From assembly GCA_903881505.1 (NCBI GenBank), contig CAIRTM010000091.1, positions 2,281-66,280 on the forward strand: DNA of 64,000 bases. Reading direction: 5' to 3'. Positions 17,688 through 28,036 of the stretch are shown one piece after another. Origin of the DNA: an uncultured delta proteobacterium (GTDB taxonomy: Bacteria > Desulfobacterota > WTBG01 > CAIYCZ01 > CAIRTM01). The notes under the pieces were generated by a model. The model was not told the DNA's origin, ran no database searches, and was given only the letters and a program-made list of their open reading frames with translations. Each line of letters begins with the position of its first letter. Position 1 is the stretch's first letter. Made by a program: the position numbers and the translations under genes.

Positions 17688-19055
17688 CTACTGAAGGGCC
17701 CCGACGCGAATACAGTTGCGTCCGGCCTGCTTGGCCTGATACAGCAGATCATCAAGGCGCTTGATCAGATTGTCGAACGACACATGCTCGTCCCCGGTCA
17801 TGTCGTTAAAACCTGTCACGCCAAAACTTGCCGTCAGGCTGATGGTCGCGCTTCCGGCACGGATGGCCGCGGAGGAAACCCCCGCCCTCAGGCGCTCGGC
17901 AAGAATGGCTGCGCCTTCGCAGCCTGTTTCCGGCAGCACGATGATAAATTCTTCGCCCCCGTAGCGCGCAACCCAGTCAACCCGTTCGCGGACCAGGCCC
18001 ATGATTGTGGCGGCGACAGCGTGCAGGGCTTCATCGCCGGCCTGATGCCCCCAGGTATCGTTAATAGGCTTGAAATGATCGATATCGCACATGATAAGTG
18101 ACAGCTCGCGGCCGTAGCGCCGGGCCTTGCGGATCTCACTCTCAAGACTGTCATTGAGATAGGCCCGGTTATAGCAGCGCGTCAGTATGTCAATGGTCGA
18201 CATGCGCCGTATTTCTTCGTTGGCCTGCTGCAGGGCGTCAATCGCGCTGCGCAGCTCGCGGGTCAGACGGCGGTGTTCAAGATGAACGCCCACGCGCGCC
18301 AGCAGTTCCTCCTTGACATAGGGCTTCGCCAGATAATCGGTTGCGCCGGCATCAAACAGGCTGATCAGAAGCGGCTGGTCATCAACAGCTGTCAGGAAAA
18401 TAACCGGCAGGTCGGCAAGGCCGAACTCGCCGCGTACTTTCCGGCACAGGCGGCGCCCGTCCATAACCGGCATGACCAGATCGGTAACCAGCAGGTCGAT
18501 TTTCTTATCAGGGTCGGACAGCACCGCGCAGGCCTCCGCGCCGTTTTCACAGGCAATTACAGCAAGGCCGGCCCGGCCCAGCAGGTCAGCCGTGATCGTG
18601 CGCGCCACGGTATTGTCATCCACAACAAGCGCGGCAAATCCGTCCAGGTTTTTTTTAGGTATGAAAATCTGGTCAACCGCCCTGCGTATATCGCCTTCCA
18701 CAAAAGGCTTGGAAACAAAATCGACCGCCCCAAGCTCAAAGCCTTTCTGGCGGCCTTCGAGCGTATCATTGGCGGTTATGAAAATAATCGGAATGCGGTT
18801 GTTGGGGGCATGGGTAAAGCGCTTGGTGTAATTGTCGCCGGCCAGTTTTTGCGATGCGGTGAAGCCGTCGAGCCGGGGCATGTCAACGTCCAGTGTGATC
18901 AGGTCCGGCAGCAGTTCAACCGCGCGCGCAAGCGCGGCAATTCCGTCTTCAGCTTCGAAAACCTCATACCCGCCGGTCTCGAGTTCGCGCCGGATCATGC
19001 GGCGCATCAACGCGCTGTCATCAACGACGAGTATTTTTTTACGCGGTTCGCTCAT
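17688..19055 (-). CDS. PleD-like diguanylate cyclase (REC-REC-GGDEF)
   Basis: Two receiver domains, DIDHFKPINDTWGH, RYGGEEF. Confidence 0.92.
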   Translation of the reverse strand: MSEPRKKILVVDDSALMRRMIRRELETGGYEVFEAEDGIAALARAVELLPDLITLDVDMPRLDGFTASQKLAGDNYTKRFTHAPNNRIPIIFITANDTLEGRQKGFELGAVDFVSKPFVEGDIRRAVDQIFIPKKNLDGFAALVVDDNTVARTITADLLGRAGLAVIACENGAEACAVLSDPDKKIDLLVTDLVMPVMDGRRLCRKVRGEFGLADLPVIFLTAVDDQPLLISLFDAGATDYLAKPYVKEELLARVGVHLEHRRLTRELRSAIDALQQANEEIRRMSTIDILTRCYNRAYLNDSLESEIRKARRYGRELSLIMCDIDHFKPINDTWGHQAGDEALHAVAATIMGLVRERVDWVARYGGEEFIIVLPETGCEGAAILAERLRAGVSSAAIRAGSATISLTASFGVTGFNDMTGDEHVSFDNLIKRLDDLLYQAKQAGRNCIRVGALQ

Positions 19056-19163
19056 ATGCGGATTCCGGAGATTGCCGACAGCCCGGGACAGCACCTGCCC
19101 GTGCCTCGCCGTTTCAAATCAATACTGCATAGCCGCTGTTTATGCAAGGGCTTTCGCCGCGCG

Positions 19164-19775
19164 TCAGCCGTGAACCTGCACGGAAAACCCCATGCCTGAC
19201 GGCCGATGAAAATCAGGGCGGCCGCAGGGATGTGCGCCGGCCCAGTGCGAAAACCGGCCGTCGGCATGCTTAAGAATAACAGCCGGGTCGATATGAACCC
19301 GGCCGGGGGCCAGCACAAGGGCTGCCTGCATCACCATGCACGTCTCGTCGAGCCGGGCCCGCAACCGCACTGGCCGCAAACCGCCGGGCTGCTGTCCGGC
19401 AGCCTTCCGATACCCGTCAAACGCACAGGCCCACCAGTTGCCTGAGGGGGAAAAATTCCACTCCGTATACCGGTCGCCGTTTCCTCCGCGCACGAAGCAT
19501 TCCAGGCAGGTTGTGCGCCACAGCCCGGCAGTATGGCCGGGCATCCGTGCGGCCGCGGGAATAATGAGCTGCCGCAGCGGACCCTTGACAGCGTACTGCA
19601 GCAGCAGCCCGGGGGGTACGCAGCGCACGCGCACGGAGCAGGAAAATCCGCTCAGCTCCGGCCGGGTTTCAAACGGCGCGAGCCGTATCAGGTTGCCGGC
19701 CTGCGCGGCGCTGCCGGTTTGCCGTGCCGATACCATCTGCCTCTCCCAGGCCATGGCCCCGCCTGCCGTTGTCAC
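19164..19775 (-). CDS. DOMON-like domain protein
   Basis: LWRTTCLECF, YTEWNFSPSGNW, PDFH motifs. Start uncertain. Confidence 0.75.
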   Translation of the reverse strand: MTTAGGAMAWERQMVSARQTGSAAQAGNLIRLAPFETRPELSGFSCSVRVRCVPPGLLLQYAVKGPLRQLIIPAAARMPGHTAGLWRTTCLECFVRGGNGDRYTEWNFSPSGNWWACAFDGYRKAAGQQPGGLRPVRLRARLDETCMVMQAALVLAPGRVHIDPAVILKHADGRFSHWAGAHPCGRPDFHRPSGMGFSVQVHG

Positions 19776-20587
19776 GGAGTGTTTGAACGGCAGATGGGCT
19801 CGAGTCTTTTTTTCAGATACTCGAAGGCCTCCTGCGGGCTGTCGCAGAACGCGAACAGCCTGAGGTCTTCCGGATTGATAACGCCGCAGTCAGCCAGGGC
19901 GTCGAAGTTGATGATCTGTTTCCAGAAGCTGCTGCCGTAGAGGACGATGGGAACTTCTTTTGTCATTTTCCCGGTTTGCACCAGGGTTAAAATTTCCAGC
20001 AGCTCATCCAGGGTGCCGAAGCCGCCGGGAAAAACAATAAGCGCCTTTGCCAGATAGGCGAACCAGAATTTGCGTATGAAAAAGTAATGGAATTCAAACA
20101 TCAGTTCGCGGGAAATGTAGGCATTGGGCTCCTGCTCATAGGGCAGGCTGATGTTGAGCCCGATGGAGTAGCCGCCGGCCTCGGAAGCGCCGCGGTTGGC
20201 AGCCTCCATAATGCCGGGCCCGCCGCCCGAGCACACGATGAAGCGCCGGCCATGGCATTGGTTGCAGGCGTACAGCTCCTTGGACCATGCGGTAATCATG
20301 CGCGCAAGGTCGACCGCGTCCTGATAGTAGTGAGAAATTGACAGACGGGCCTCGGCCGCGCGCAGTTCGCGCTCAGGCGCGTTTTTCACCCGCAGCTCGT
20401 CGCGGTGCCGCAGGGCTTCCTGCGTGGGCCGTATGCGGGCGGAACCGAAGAACACGACCGTGTCCTGTATGTTGAATTTTTCAAAGCGGCTTTCAGGCTC
20501 GAGGTACTCGGCCAGGATACGGATGGTGCGCGCCTGCGGACTGTTGAGAAACTCCGAATTTTTATAGGCCTTGGGGGCTGATTTCAT
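19772..20587 (-). CDS. LOG family nucleotide monophosphate nucleosidase (TIGR00730-like)
   Basis: VFFGSAR, SGGGPGIMEAANRGA, PGGFGTLDE. Confidence 0.9.
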   Translation of the reverse strand: MKSAPKAYKNSEFLNSPQARTIRILAEYLEPESRFEKFNIQDTVVFFGSARIRPTQEALRHRDELRVKNAPERELRAAEARLSISHYYQDAVDLARMITAWSKELYACNQCHGRRFIVCSGGGPGIMEAANRGASEAGGYSIGLNISLPYEQEPNAYISRELMFEFHYFFIRKFWFAYLAKALIVFPGGFGTLDELLEILTLVQTGKMTKEVPIVLYGSSFWKQIINFDALADCGVINPEDLRLFAFCDSPQEAFEYLKKRLEPICRSNTP

Positions 20588-21732
20588 GGGGTCTCCTTGT
20601 CGTTGATATGGTTTCCGGTGTGCGCCCTGCGGACCCCGGCTTCCGGCAGGCCGCGAAAGGTTTCTGCATCCTGCGGGCAGATATCATAGCCATACAGGTC
20701 ACCCCTGAAATTTTTGATCAGCAGCCGGTTTCCGTCAACGGCTTGAATATAGTCGGGCGTGAGCGGCACCTTGCCGCCGCCGCCGGGCAGATCGATCACG
20801 TAGTGCGGTACGCTCATGCCCGAGACATGCGAGCGCAGCGCGCCGACGATGGCAAGCCCCGTGGTAAGCGATGTGCGGAAATGGGCGGTTCCGCGGGTGC
20901 AGTCCATGTGGTGCAGGTAATAGGGCCGCACGCGCATGCCCAGCAGGGCCTGCATAAGCTCGCGCATAATCTCCCCGGAGTCGTTCACCCCTTTCAGCAA
21001 CACGGTCTGGCAGCCGAGCGGGATGCCTGCTTCGGCCAGCAGCGCGCAGGCCCGGCGCGCCTGCGGCGTAATCTCCGCCGGGTGGTTAAAATGCGTATTG
21101 ACATAGAGCGGATGTGCCCGCGCAAGCGTGCGGGCAAGGCGGGCCGTGATCCGGTCGGGCAGCACGCCGGGCACGCGCGTGCCGATGCGTATGATGTCGA
21201 CATGCGGGATCGCGCGCAGGCGGCCCAGGATATCGGCAAGCTGCGCGGTCGGCAGCAGCAGCGGGTCGCCGCCCGAGAGCAGCACGTCGCGGACCTGCCG
21301 GCTGCGGCTGATATAGTCAATGCCCTGGCCGATCGTGTCCGGCGTCACGTCGAACGAGCGGCCGATTTTGCGTTTGCGCGTGCAGAAACGGCAGTGTACC
21401 GCGCAGCGGTTTGAAACCAGGAACAGAACGCGGTTCGGGTAGCGGTGCGTGATGTTGGGCGCCGGCGCATGGCTGTCTTCAGCCAGTGGGTCGATCATGC
21501 CGGTCGTGTCTTCAAGCTCGGCGCTGTCGGGAACAAACTGGCGCCAGAGCGGATCGCCGGGACCCTTGAGCATGCCGGCGATATAGCTGTTGATGCAAAC
21601 GGGATAGGCCCCGGTCACCTCCTCAAGCATCGCGCGCCGGGGGGCCAGTTCTGAGAAAGCATCGCAGAGCGCCGCGGCCGAATGTATGCCGCTGCGAAGC
21701 TGCCCGTTCCAGGAAGCCGGTTTCATGTACAT
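20584..21732 (-). CDS. kamA: KamA family radical SAM aminomutase (lysine 2,3-aminomutase-like)
   Basis: HRYPNR, CAVHCRFCTRKR, SGGDPL, PGGGGK (PLP lysine). Confidence 0.85.
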   Translation of the reverse strand: MYMKPASWNGQLRSGIHSAAALCDAFSELAPRRAMLEEVTGAYPVCINSYIAGMLKGPGDPLWRQFVPDSAELEDTTGMIDPLAEDSHAPAPNITHRYPNRVLFLVSNRCAVHCRFCTRKRKIGRSFDVTPDTIGQGIDYISRSRQVRDVLLSGGDPLLLPTAQLADILGRLRAIPHVDIIRIGTRVPGVLPDRITARLARTLARAHPLYVNTHFNHPAEITPQARRACALLAEAGIPLGCQTVLLKGVNDSGEIMRELMQALLGMRVRPYYLHHMDCTRGTAHFRTSLTTGLAIVGALRSHVSGMSVPHYVIDLPGGGGKVPLTPDYIQAVDGNRLLIKNFRGDLYGYDICPQDAETFRGLPEAGVRRAHTGNHINDKETP

Positions 21733-21816
21733 GTCTGCTTTCAGCTTGAACCTTGTGGCGGTTTATACTATATCAAAATACATCGTACCGCAAACCTTCC
21801 CTACAAGGAGCACAGC

Positions 21817-22365
21817 ATGGCGAAAATATCCCAGGTCCCGGTCCCGGCCCCGTTTGCCCAGGCCTTTAAAGTTTCGGGCATTAAAATTAAACGCTTTACA
21901 ACCCCGGAAGCATTTGAGCGTGTTTTGAAAAAATTTTTGAAACGCAACCATGTGCTGCATCTGAGCACCTGCGACGGGGTCTCCCCGCGCTCAACACCGC
22001 TTGAATACCGCCTGCATGATCTGACTTTTTATATTCTTTCCGAGGGGGGCGGCAAATTCGCTAATCTGGAAAAAAACAAAAAGATCAGCTTTTCAATCGC
22101 CGAGCCGTATGATTCCGAGGCGGACTACTGGAACTACAAGGGCCTGCAGGCCTGGGCGACCGCGCGGGTGCTCAACCAGAAAAAGCACCCCGGGCTGTTT
22201 CAGGAGGCATTGAAAAAAATGAACATAATGAAATCGCTGAAAAAGCTCGGCATGAAACAGCTGCCCCCCCAGATTGTCTATCGCATCATCGAAATAAAGC
22301 CCGACCGCATAAAGTACGGCAATCCGCGGGAAGGCGTGTTTCGGGTCACCTGGTCGCGCACCTGA
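21817..22365 (+). CDS. Pyridoxamine 5'-phosphate oxidase family flavoprotein
   Basis: LHLSTC..PRSTPLEY, KFANLEKNKKISFSI; RBS AAGGAG before ATG 21817. Confidence 0.75.
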   Translation: MAKISQVPVPAPFAQAFKVSGIKIKRFTTPEAFERVLKKFLKRNHVLHLSTCDGVSPRSTPLEYRLHDLTFYILSEGGGKFANLEKNKKISFSIAEPYDSEADYWNYKGLQAWATARVLNQKKHPGLFQEALKKMNIMKSLKKLGMKQLPPQIVYRIIEIKPDRIKYGNPREGVFRVTWSRT

Positions 22366-22396
22366 CCGGCGCCTGGTGCGTGCAGCACCGCGAACC

Positions 22397-22440
22397 AAAA
22401 AAAACAGGATTTCCGGCCTGTTGCGGAAATCCTGTTTTTT
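22397..22440. terminator. Bidirectional intrinsic terminator
   Basis: A-tract-CAGGATTTCCG-loop-CGGAAATCCTG-T-tract between convergent genes. Confidence 0.85.
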
Positions 22441-22462
22441 GTACAGCCGATTGAGCCGGAGT

Positions 22463-22639
22463 TCAGTCTTCCATTGAAATAGCTTCTACCGGGCACTCAT
22501 CAACACAGGTGCCGCAGTCAACGCAGGTATCGCCGTCCACTGCTGCCTTATCGTTTTCAATCGCGATTGCTTCAACGGGACAAATGTCCACGCAGGTTGC
22601 ACAGCCGGTGCAGATTTCAGGATTGATTTTTGCTGCCAT
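22463..22639 (-). CDS. 2[4Fe-4S] ferredoxin
   Basis: Two CxxCxxCxxxCP motifs; GGAGG RBS before ATG 22639. Confidence 0.93.
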   Translation of the reverse strand: MAAKINPEICTGCATCVDICPVEAIAIENDKAAVDGDTCVDCGTCVDECPVEAISMED

Positions 22640-22950
22640 TGTTTCCTCCATTCCTGTTATTGATAACGTTTGTACTGCCGCTGCTGCCGCTTATACTGTG
22701 TTGTGCGGGCAGTCTTTTGCATGGATAGCTTTATAAATGATAAGCATGGCCCTGTCAAGGGTTCATTGCGTCCCGGCCCGGCCCGCCCGATGACTGGTTT
22801 TATCGGATGTGCGCCAAAGAAACGCTTGACGCCCGCGCGCGCTTATTTTACTCTTGCGCGGTTGCCGCGCACGCAGGCACGGTCGATAATCGGTTAACCG
22901 CTATACCGGGCGCTGTCCGCGATACGCCCGCCGGGAAAGGAAGAACCTTC

Positions 22951-24087
22951 ATGAAGGTACCATTGCTTGACTTGAAAGCGCAGCTGGTGATGCTTGAATC
23001 TGAAATGAAGTCGGCGCTCAATGCGGTTGTGGATTCAACCGCCTACATCAACGGTCCGGCCGTGGCTGAGCTGGAGAAGGCAATCGCCGCCTACAGCGGC
23101 GCGGCCTGCGGCGTGGGGGTGAGCTCCGGCACTGACGCGCTGCTGGTGAGCCTGATGGCCCTTGCCGTCGGCCCGGGCGATATCGTCGTGACCACGCCGT
23201 ATTCGTTTTTCGCCACGGCCGGCACGGTCGCCCGGCTGGGCGCTGAAATCGCCCTGGTTGATATCGATCCGGTGTCCTATAACATCGATCCGCAGGCGCT
23301 GCAGGCATGGTTTGAGCGCGAGCCGGGAAAAGCCGGCCGCGTCAAGGCGATCATTCCGGTGCACCTGTACGGCCAGTGCGCCGACATGGATGCAATCCTG
23401 CAGATCGCGCGCAGCCGGGGCATTGCCGTTATCGAGGACGCGGCCCAGGCAATCGGTTCGGGCTATCCGTCGGCCGCGGGGCTTAAAAAAGCCGGCTCCA
23501 TGGGAACCTTCGGCTGTTTTTCTTTTTTCCCCAGCAAGAACCTGGGCGGCATCGGCGACGGCGGCATGGTGGTGACCGATGACGAGGCCCTGGCCGAGAA
23601 GGTGCGCCTGCTGCGCAATCACGGGGCGCACCCCAAGTATTATCACGCCCTGATCGGCGGAAATTTCCGGCTCGATACGGTGCAGGCCGCGGTCCTGCTG
23701 GTCAAGCTGCCGCATCTTGAGGACTGGCATGCCATGCGCCGCGCGAATGCCGCCTATTATGATGAACTGCTGGCCGGCTCCGGCATTGCCGTACCGAAGG
23801 CGGTCTATGGCCGCCAGCACCATATTTATAATCAGTATGTGATTTCAGTGCCTGAAAAGCGCGATGAGCTGCGCGCGTGGCTCACGCAAAACGATATCGG
23901 CAATGAAGTGTACTACCCCGTGGCGTTTCACGAGCAGGAATGCTTCCGCAGCCTCGGCTATCAAAAGGGAGCTTTCCCGAACAGCGAATACGCGGCCGCT
24001 CACACCCTGGCCCTGCCGGTCTACCCCGAGCTGACGCGGCCGATGCAGGAGCGGGTGGCGGAAACGATCGTAAGTTTTTACGGATAA
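22951..24087 (+). CDS. DegT/DnrJ/EryC1/StrS sugar aminotransferase
   Basis: SSGTDAL, PVHLYGQ, IEDAAQA, SFFPSKNLGG. Confidence 0.92.
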   Translation: MKVPLLDLKAQLVMLESEMKSALNAVVDSTAYINGPAVAELEKAIAAYSGAACGVGVSSGTDALLVSLMALAVGPGDIVVTTPYSFFATAGTVARLGAEIALVDIDPVSYNIDPQALQAWFEREPGKAGRVKAIIPVHLYGQCADMDAILQIARSRGIAVIEDAAQAIGSGYPSAAGLKKAGSMGTFGCFSFFPSKNLGGIGDGGMVVTDDEALAEKVRLLRNHGAHPKYYHALIGGNFRLDTVQAAVLLVKLPHLEDWHAMRRANAAYYDELLAGSGIAVPKAVYGRQHHIYNQYVISVPEKRDELRAWLTQNDIGNEVYYPVAFHEQECFRSLGYQKGAFPNSEYAAAHTLALPVYPELTRPMQERVAETIVSFYG

Positions 24088-24089
24088 TT

Positions 24090-24674
24090 TCAGCCCCGGC
24101 TGCTGCCGCCCTCGCGGGCGGCAATCCACCTGGCGGCCTCGTAGAGGTCGTCGCACACCATGTGCGGGGGCGAGCAATCGCCCGGGTAGTTTTCCAGGTG
24201 CTTGCGCCCCTCTCCGGTCAGAACCAGTATCCCGGTCGCGCCCGTGTTATGGGCAAGCTGCACGTCGCTGGGCTTGTCGCCCACGACATAGGAGTGCTGC
24301 ACGTCGAGATCAAGCTCGCGCGCGGCCTGCAGCACAAGGCCGGGAGCGGGCTTGCGGCAGTCGCATGCGCGCCGGTATCCGGGCAGGATGCCCTCCGGAT
24401 GATGCGGACAGGAGTAGTAGCCGGCAAACGATATGCCGTTAGAGCGCATCAGGCGCAAAAAAGCCCGCTGAATGACCGGCAGCTGCTCCGGGGGTATCAG
24501 GCCCCGGGCAACGCCTGCCTGATTGGTGATGATGACCAGCTCGAGGGCGCAGTCGCGCAGCAGGCGCAGGCCTTCGATCGCGCGCGACAGCAGCGTGATC
24601 TGGTCGGGGTGGCACAGATAGCCCACGTCAACGTTGACGGTTCCGTCGCGATCAAGAAACACCGCCGGTTTCAT
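24090..24674 (-). CDS. gmhB: D,D-heptose 1,7-bisphosphate phosphatase
   Basis: FLDRDGT, TNQAG, CPHHP...CDCRKP, VGDK. Confidence 0.9.
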   Translation of the reverse strand: MKPAVFLDRDGTVNVDVGYLCHPDQITLLSRAIEGLRLLRDCALELVIITNQAGVARGLIPPEQLPVIQRAFLRLMRSNGISFAGYYSCPHHPEGILPGYRRACDCRKPAPGLVLQAARELDLDVQHSYVVGDKPSDVQLAHNTGATGILVLTGEGRKHLENYPGDCSPPHMVCDDLYEAARWIAAREGGSSRG

Positions 24675-25966
24675 GCACCAAACACCCGGGTGAAAATATC
24701 GTCAACGTGCGCGGTAAAGAATGCGCTGGAGCAGAAGGCCTCTATCTCCTGAGGAGTAATGACCGAGGTAATGTCGCTGTCGGCCAGCACCATCTGCTTG
24801 AAGTCCTTTTTCTGATCCCAGGCCGCAAGCGCATTGCGCTGCACGATCCGGTAGGCGTCCTCGCGCGATACGCCGCGCAGGGTCAGCTCAAGCAGAATTT
24901 TCTGTGAATAGTACAGGCCCCGGGACAGTTCGAGGTTCTTCTGCATCGATTCGGGGTACACGATCAGTTTGCGCATCAGATTGGTGAAGCGCACCAGCAT
25001 GAAATCGAGCAGCGTTGTGCTGTCCGGGCCGATCACGCGCTCGACCGAGGAGTGGCTGATGTCGCGCTCGTGCCACAGGGCCACGTTTTCGATGGCGGCA
25101 AGGGCGTTGCCGCGCAGCAGGCGGGCAAGCCCCGAGATGTTTTCCGACAGGATCGGATTTTTCTTGTGCGGCATGGCTGATGAGCCCTTCTGGCCGGCTG
25201 AAAAGTATTCCGAGACTTCAGAGACCTCGGTGCGCTGCAGATGGCGGATTTCAACCGCGAATTTTTCGATGGATGCTCCGATAACGGCCAGGGTCGTGAA
25301 AAATTCGGCATACACGTCGCGCTGAATGACCTGGGTCGACACCGGCGCGGGCCGCAGCCCGAGCTCGCGGCATACGTACTCCTCGACAAAGGGCGGATTG
25401 TGCGCGAAGGTGCCCACGGCGCCGGAGAGCTTGCCCACGCTGATGGTTTCCATGGCGCGCTGCATGCGCTCGCGCTGGCGCCGCATTTCATCATACCACA
25501 GGGCCATCTTCAGCCCGAACGTGACCGGCTCGGCATGAATGCCGTGGCTGCGCCCGATCATGACGGTCAGGCGGTGTTCAAAGGCCCGGTCTTTGAGCAC
25601 GGTCAGCAGCTCGTCGATGTCTTTAAGAATAATGGCCGAGGCCTCCTTGAGGAGCATGCTGAAGCTGGTGTCCAGAATATCAGACGAGGTCAGGCCCCAG
25701 TGGATGTAGCGCGCATCTTCGCCCACGTACTCGGCAACGCAGGTCGTGAAGGCGATGACATCGTGGCGGGTGATCTCCTCGATTTCCTCGATGCGACGCA
25801 CATCGAAGGAGGCTTTTGCCTTTATGTTCGCCAGCGCCGCCGCCGGCACCGTTCCCAGCTCGCAGAGCGCTTCACAGGCCTTGATTTCGATATCGAGCCA
25901 GGTTTTGTACTTGTTTTCCTGTGACCAGATGGCGCGCAGGCATTCGCGTGAATAGCGGTCAATCAT
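24671..25966 (-). CDS. purB: Adenylosuccinate lyase
   Basis: MIDRYS, RHDVIAF, GSSAMPHKKNP. Confidence 0.96.
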   Translation of the reverse strand: MIDRYSRECLRAIWSQENKYKTWLDIEIKACEALCELGTVPAAALANIKAKASFDVRRIEEIEEITRHDVIAFTTCVAEYVGEDARYIHWGLTSSDILDTSFSMLLKEASAIILKDIDELLTVLKDRAFEHRLTVMIGRSHGIHAEPVTFGLKMALWYDEMRRQRERMQRAMETISVGKLSGAVGTFAHNPPFVEEYVCRELGLRPAPVSTQVIQRDVYAEFFTTLAVIGASIEKFAVEIRHLQRTEVSEVSEYFSAGQKGSSAMPHKKNPILSENISGLARLLRGNALAAIENVALWHERDISHSSVERVIGPDSTTLLDFMLVRFTNLMRKLIVYPESMQKNLELSRGLYYSQKILLELTLRGVSREDAYRIVQRNALAAWDQKKDFKQMVLADSDITSVITPQEIEAFCSSAFFTAHVDDIFTRVFGA

Positions 25967-26099
25967 GGCGTGTTCCTTTCCTGAATACACAAACGGCAGT
26001 CCCTGCGGCTACAGGGGGCCGCATTGTTCGTGCGGGAAACTATAGCAAAAACAGGGGTTTTTTTAAAGTGCTATTGCACGGGCGGCAGCGTGCGCGGCC

Positions 26100-27998
26100 C
26101 TACGTCATCCAGCGGTAATACCACATTTGAAACATGAGCGTTTTCCAGACAAACAGGCCGAGATCATCATTGCCATTGAGAAATTCGCGCATGCGCGCGG
26201 CGACAAAACGGCGCTCCAGCAGGCCGCTTGAAGCGATCATATGGTCATTCAGGTACGCCAGCATCAGCTCGCGAAGGTCTTTGCGCAGCCAGGCATATAT
26301 CGGAAGTGAAAAGCCGTGCTTGGGCCGCTGCAGAAGCGCCGGCGGCAGGCAGTCATGCGCGATGTCTTTCAAAATTTTTTTCAGCCTGTTTCCATCAACC
26401 TTGAACGCTGACGGCAGCCGGGCGGCGAATTCATAGATCCGGTGGTCAAGCAGGGGCTCGCGGGCCTCCAGAGAAGCGGACATGGAAGCCCGGTCGACTT
26501 TCGTAAGTATGTCCGCCGGCAGGTACGTCCGATACTCAAGACACAGCATTGCATCAAGCGTATCGTCCGGGCAGTCAAGCTGCCGGGCGTCGAAATGCGT
26601 CGGCGGAAGTTCCCGCAGGCCGGGAAGCAGCGCGGCAATGTCCTCGTCGAATTCATTGTAAATGCAGATTTCAAGGTTTTTGCTGCGGCTCAATGCGCCG
26701 GCCGCAAGCAGGCGCGCATACTTTCGCTTGAATTCGAGCATGGAGCCGGGCTTCAGAAAAGGGCGCATCGCGGACAGTGCCGCCAGGGGAGCGCGCCAGA
26801 AAAAACGAGGAACCCCTTCAGCCGCGCGCACGTTCCTCAGGGCGCGATGGATGCGCGTATAGCCCCCGAAGACCTCGTCGCCTCCGTCGGCGGAAAGCGC
26901 GACCGTTACCGAGCGGCGCGCAAGCCGGCTGACAAGACAGGTCGGAATGGCCGAGGCGTCGGCGAAGGGTTCATCATAGATCAGGGGCAGCTGCGGCAGG
27001 ATGTCGATGGCATCCCGGTGCGTGCAGATATACTCGCTATGATCGGTTGCCAGATGGGCGGCAACGTTGCGGGCGTGGCGGGCCTCGTTATGCGCGTCTT
27101 CGCGAAATCCGATGGTGAAGGTTTTCAGCCTGTGGGACATGCCGCGCTGCAGCACGGCCGCAACCAGTGAGCTGTCATAGCCTCCGCTCAAAAACAGGCC
27201 GACCGGAACATCGCTGACCATGCGGTAGCTGAATGCTGATGATAACATCGTTTTGAGCTCCCGGCATGCCTGCGCATAGTCGATGTCCAGCTTGGGCATG
27301 CGGCTAAAACTGGCCGGGTCCCAGTACACGTGTTCGCTCGTCGTATGGCTGCGCAGGTCATATGCAAGCCAGGTGCCGGGCCGCAGTTTGGCCGTATGCT
27401 TGAAAACCGCGTGTGGCTCCGGGATGCAGCCGTATTTGAAATACAGGGCCAGGCTGCCGGGGTCCGGCTCCTTGGCAAAGCCGGGATGCTCGTGAAAGCT
27501 TTTCAATTCGGAGGCGAACAAAAAAAGCCCGTTGGCGTGATAGTAGTACAGGGGCTTGATGCCGGTGCGGTCGCGCAGCAGGAACAGTTTCTGCTGTGCG
27601 CGGTCGAAGATGGCGCAGGCGAACATGCCGATAAAGCGGTGCACGGCCTGCATGCCCCAGCGCATGTAGGCGCGCAGGGCAACTTCCGTGTCGCTGTTGC
27701 TGCAGAAGCGCGCGCCTTCGTGTTCAAGCTCGACGCGCAGTTCCGCAAAGTTGTATATCTCGCCGTTTAAAACAATGCCGACCGTGCCGCAGTCGCTGAA
27801 CATGGGCTGATGCGCGGCCGGGGACAGATCGATGATGGCAAGCCGACGATGTGCCAGTCCCACGGCGCAGCTGCTTTCCTGGAACAACGCCTCGCCGGCG
27901 TCATCAGGGCCGCGATGCGCCAGCACAGCGGACATGCTTTTGAGAAGCGCTCTGTCCGAGGCGCAGGTTTTGTCGATAAATCCGGTAATGCCGCACAT
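26100..27998 (-). CDS. asnB: Asparagine synthase-like (glutamine-hydrolysing) amidotransferase, glycan-cluster type
   Basis: MCGI N-terminus, HRGPD, LSGGYDSS, KVDRASM. Confidence 0.9.
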   Translation of the reverse strand: MCGITGFIDKTCASDRALLKSMSAVLAHRGPDDAGEALFQESSCAVGLAHRRLAIIDLSPAAHQPMFSDCGTVGIVLNGEIYNFAELRVELEHEGARFCSNSDTEVALRAYMRWGMQAVHRFIGMFACAIFDRAQQKLFLLRDRTGIKPLYYYHANGLFLFASELKSFHEHPGFAKEPDPGSLALYFKYGCIPEPHAVFKHTAKLRPGTWLAYDLRSHTTSEHVYWDPASFSRMPKLDIDYAQACRELKTMLSSAFSYRMVSDVPVGLFLSGGYDSSLVAAVLQRGMSHRLKTFTIGFREDAHNEARHARNVAAHLATDHSEYICTHRDAIDILPQLPLIYDEPFADASAIPTCLVSRLARRSVTVALSADGGDEVFGGYTRIHRALRNVRAAEGVPRFFWRAPLAALSAMRPFLKPGSMLEFKRKYARLLAAGALSRSKNLEICIYNEFDEDIAALLPGLRELPPTHFDARQLDCPDDTLDAMLCLEYRTYLPADILTKVDRASMSASLEAREPLLDHRIYEFAARLPSAFKVDGNRLKKILKDIAHDCLPPALLQRPKHGFSLPIYAWLRKDLRELMLAYLNDHMIASSGLLERRFVAARMREFLNGNDDLGLFVWKTLMFQMWYYRWMT

Positions 27999-28036
27999 AC
28001 AGGCTCTTTTTACAGGGGCGTGCCCGCAGCCGCGCG

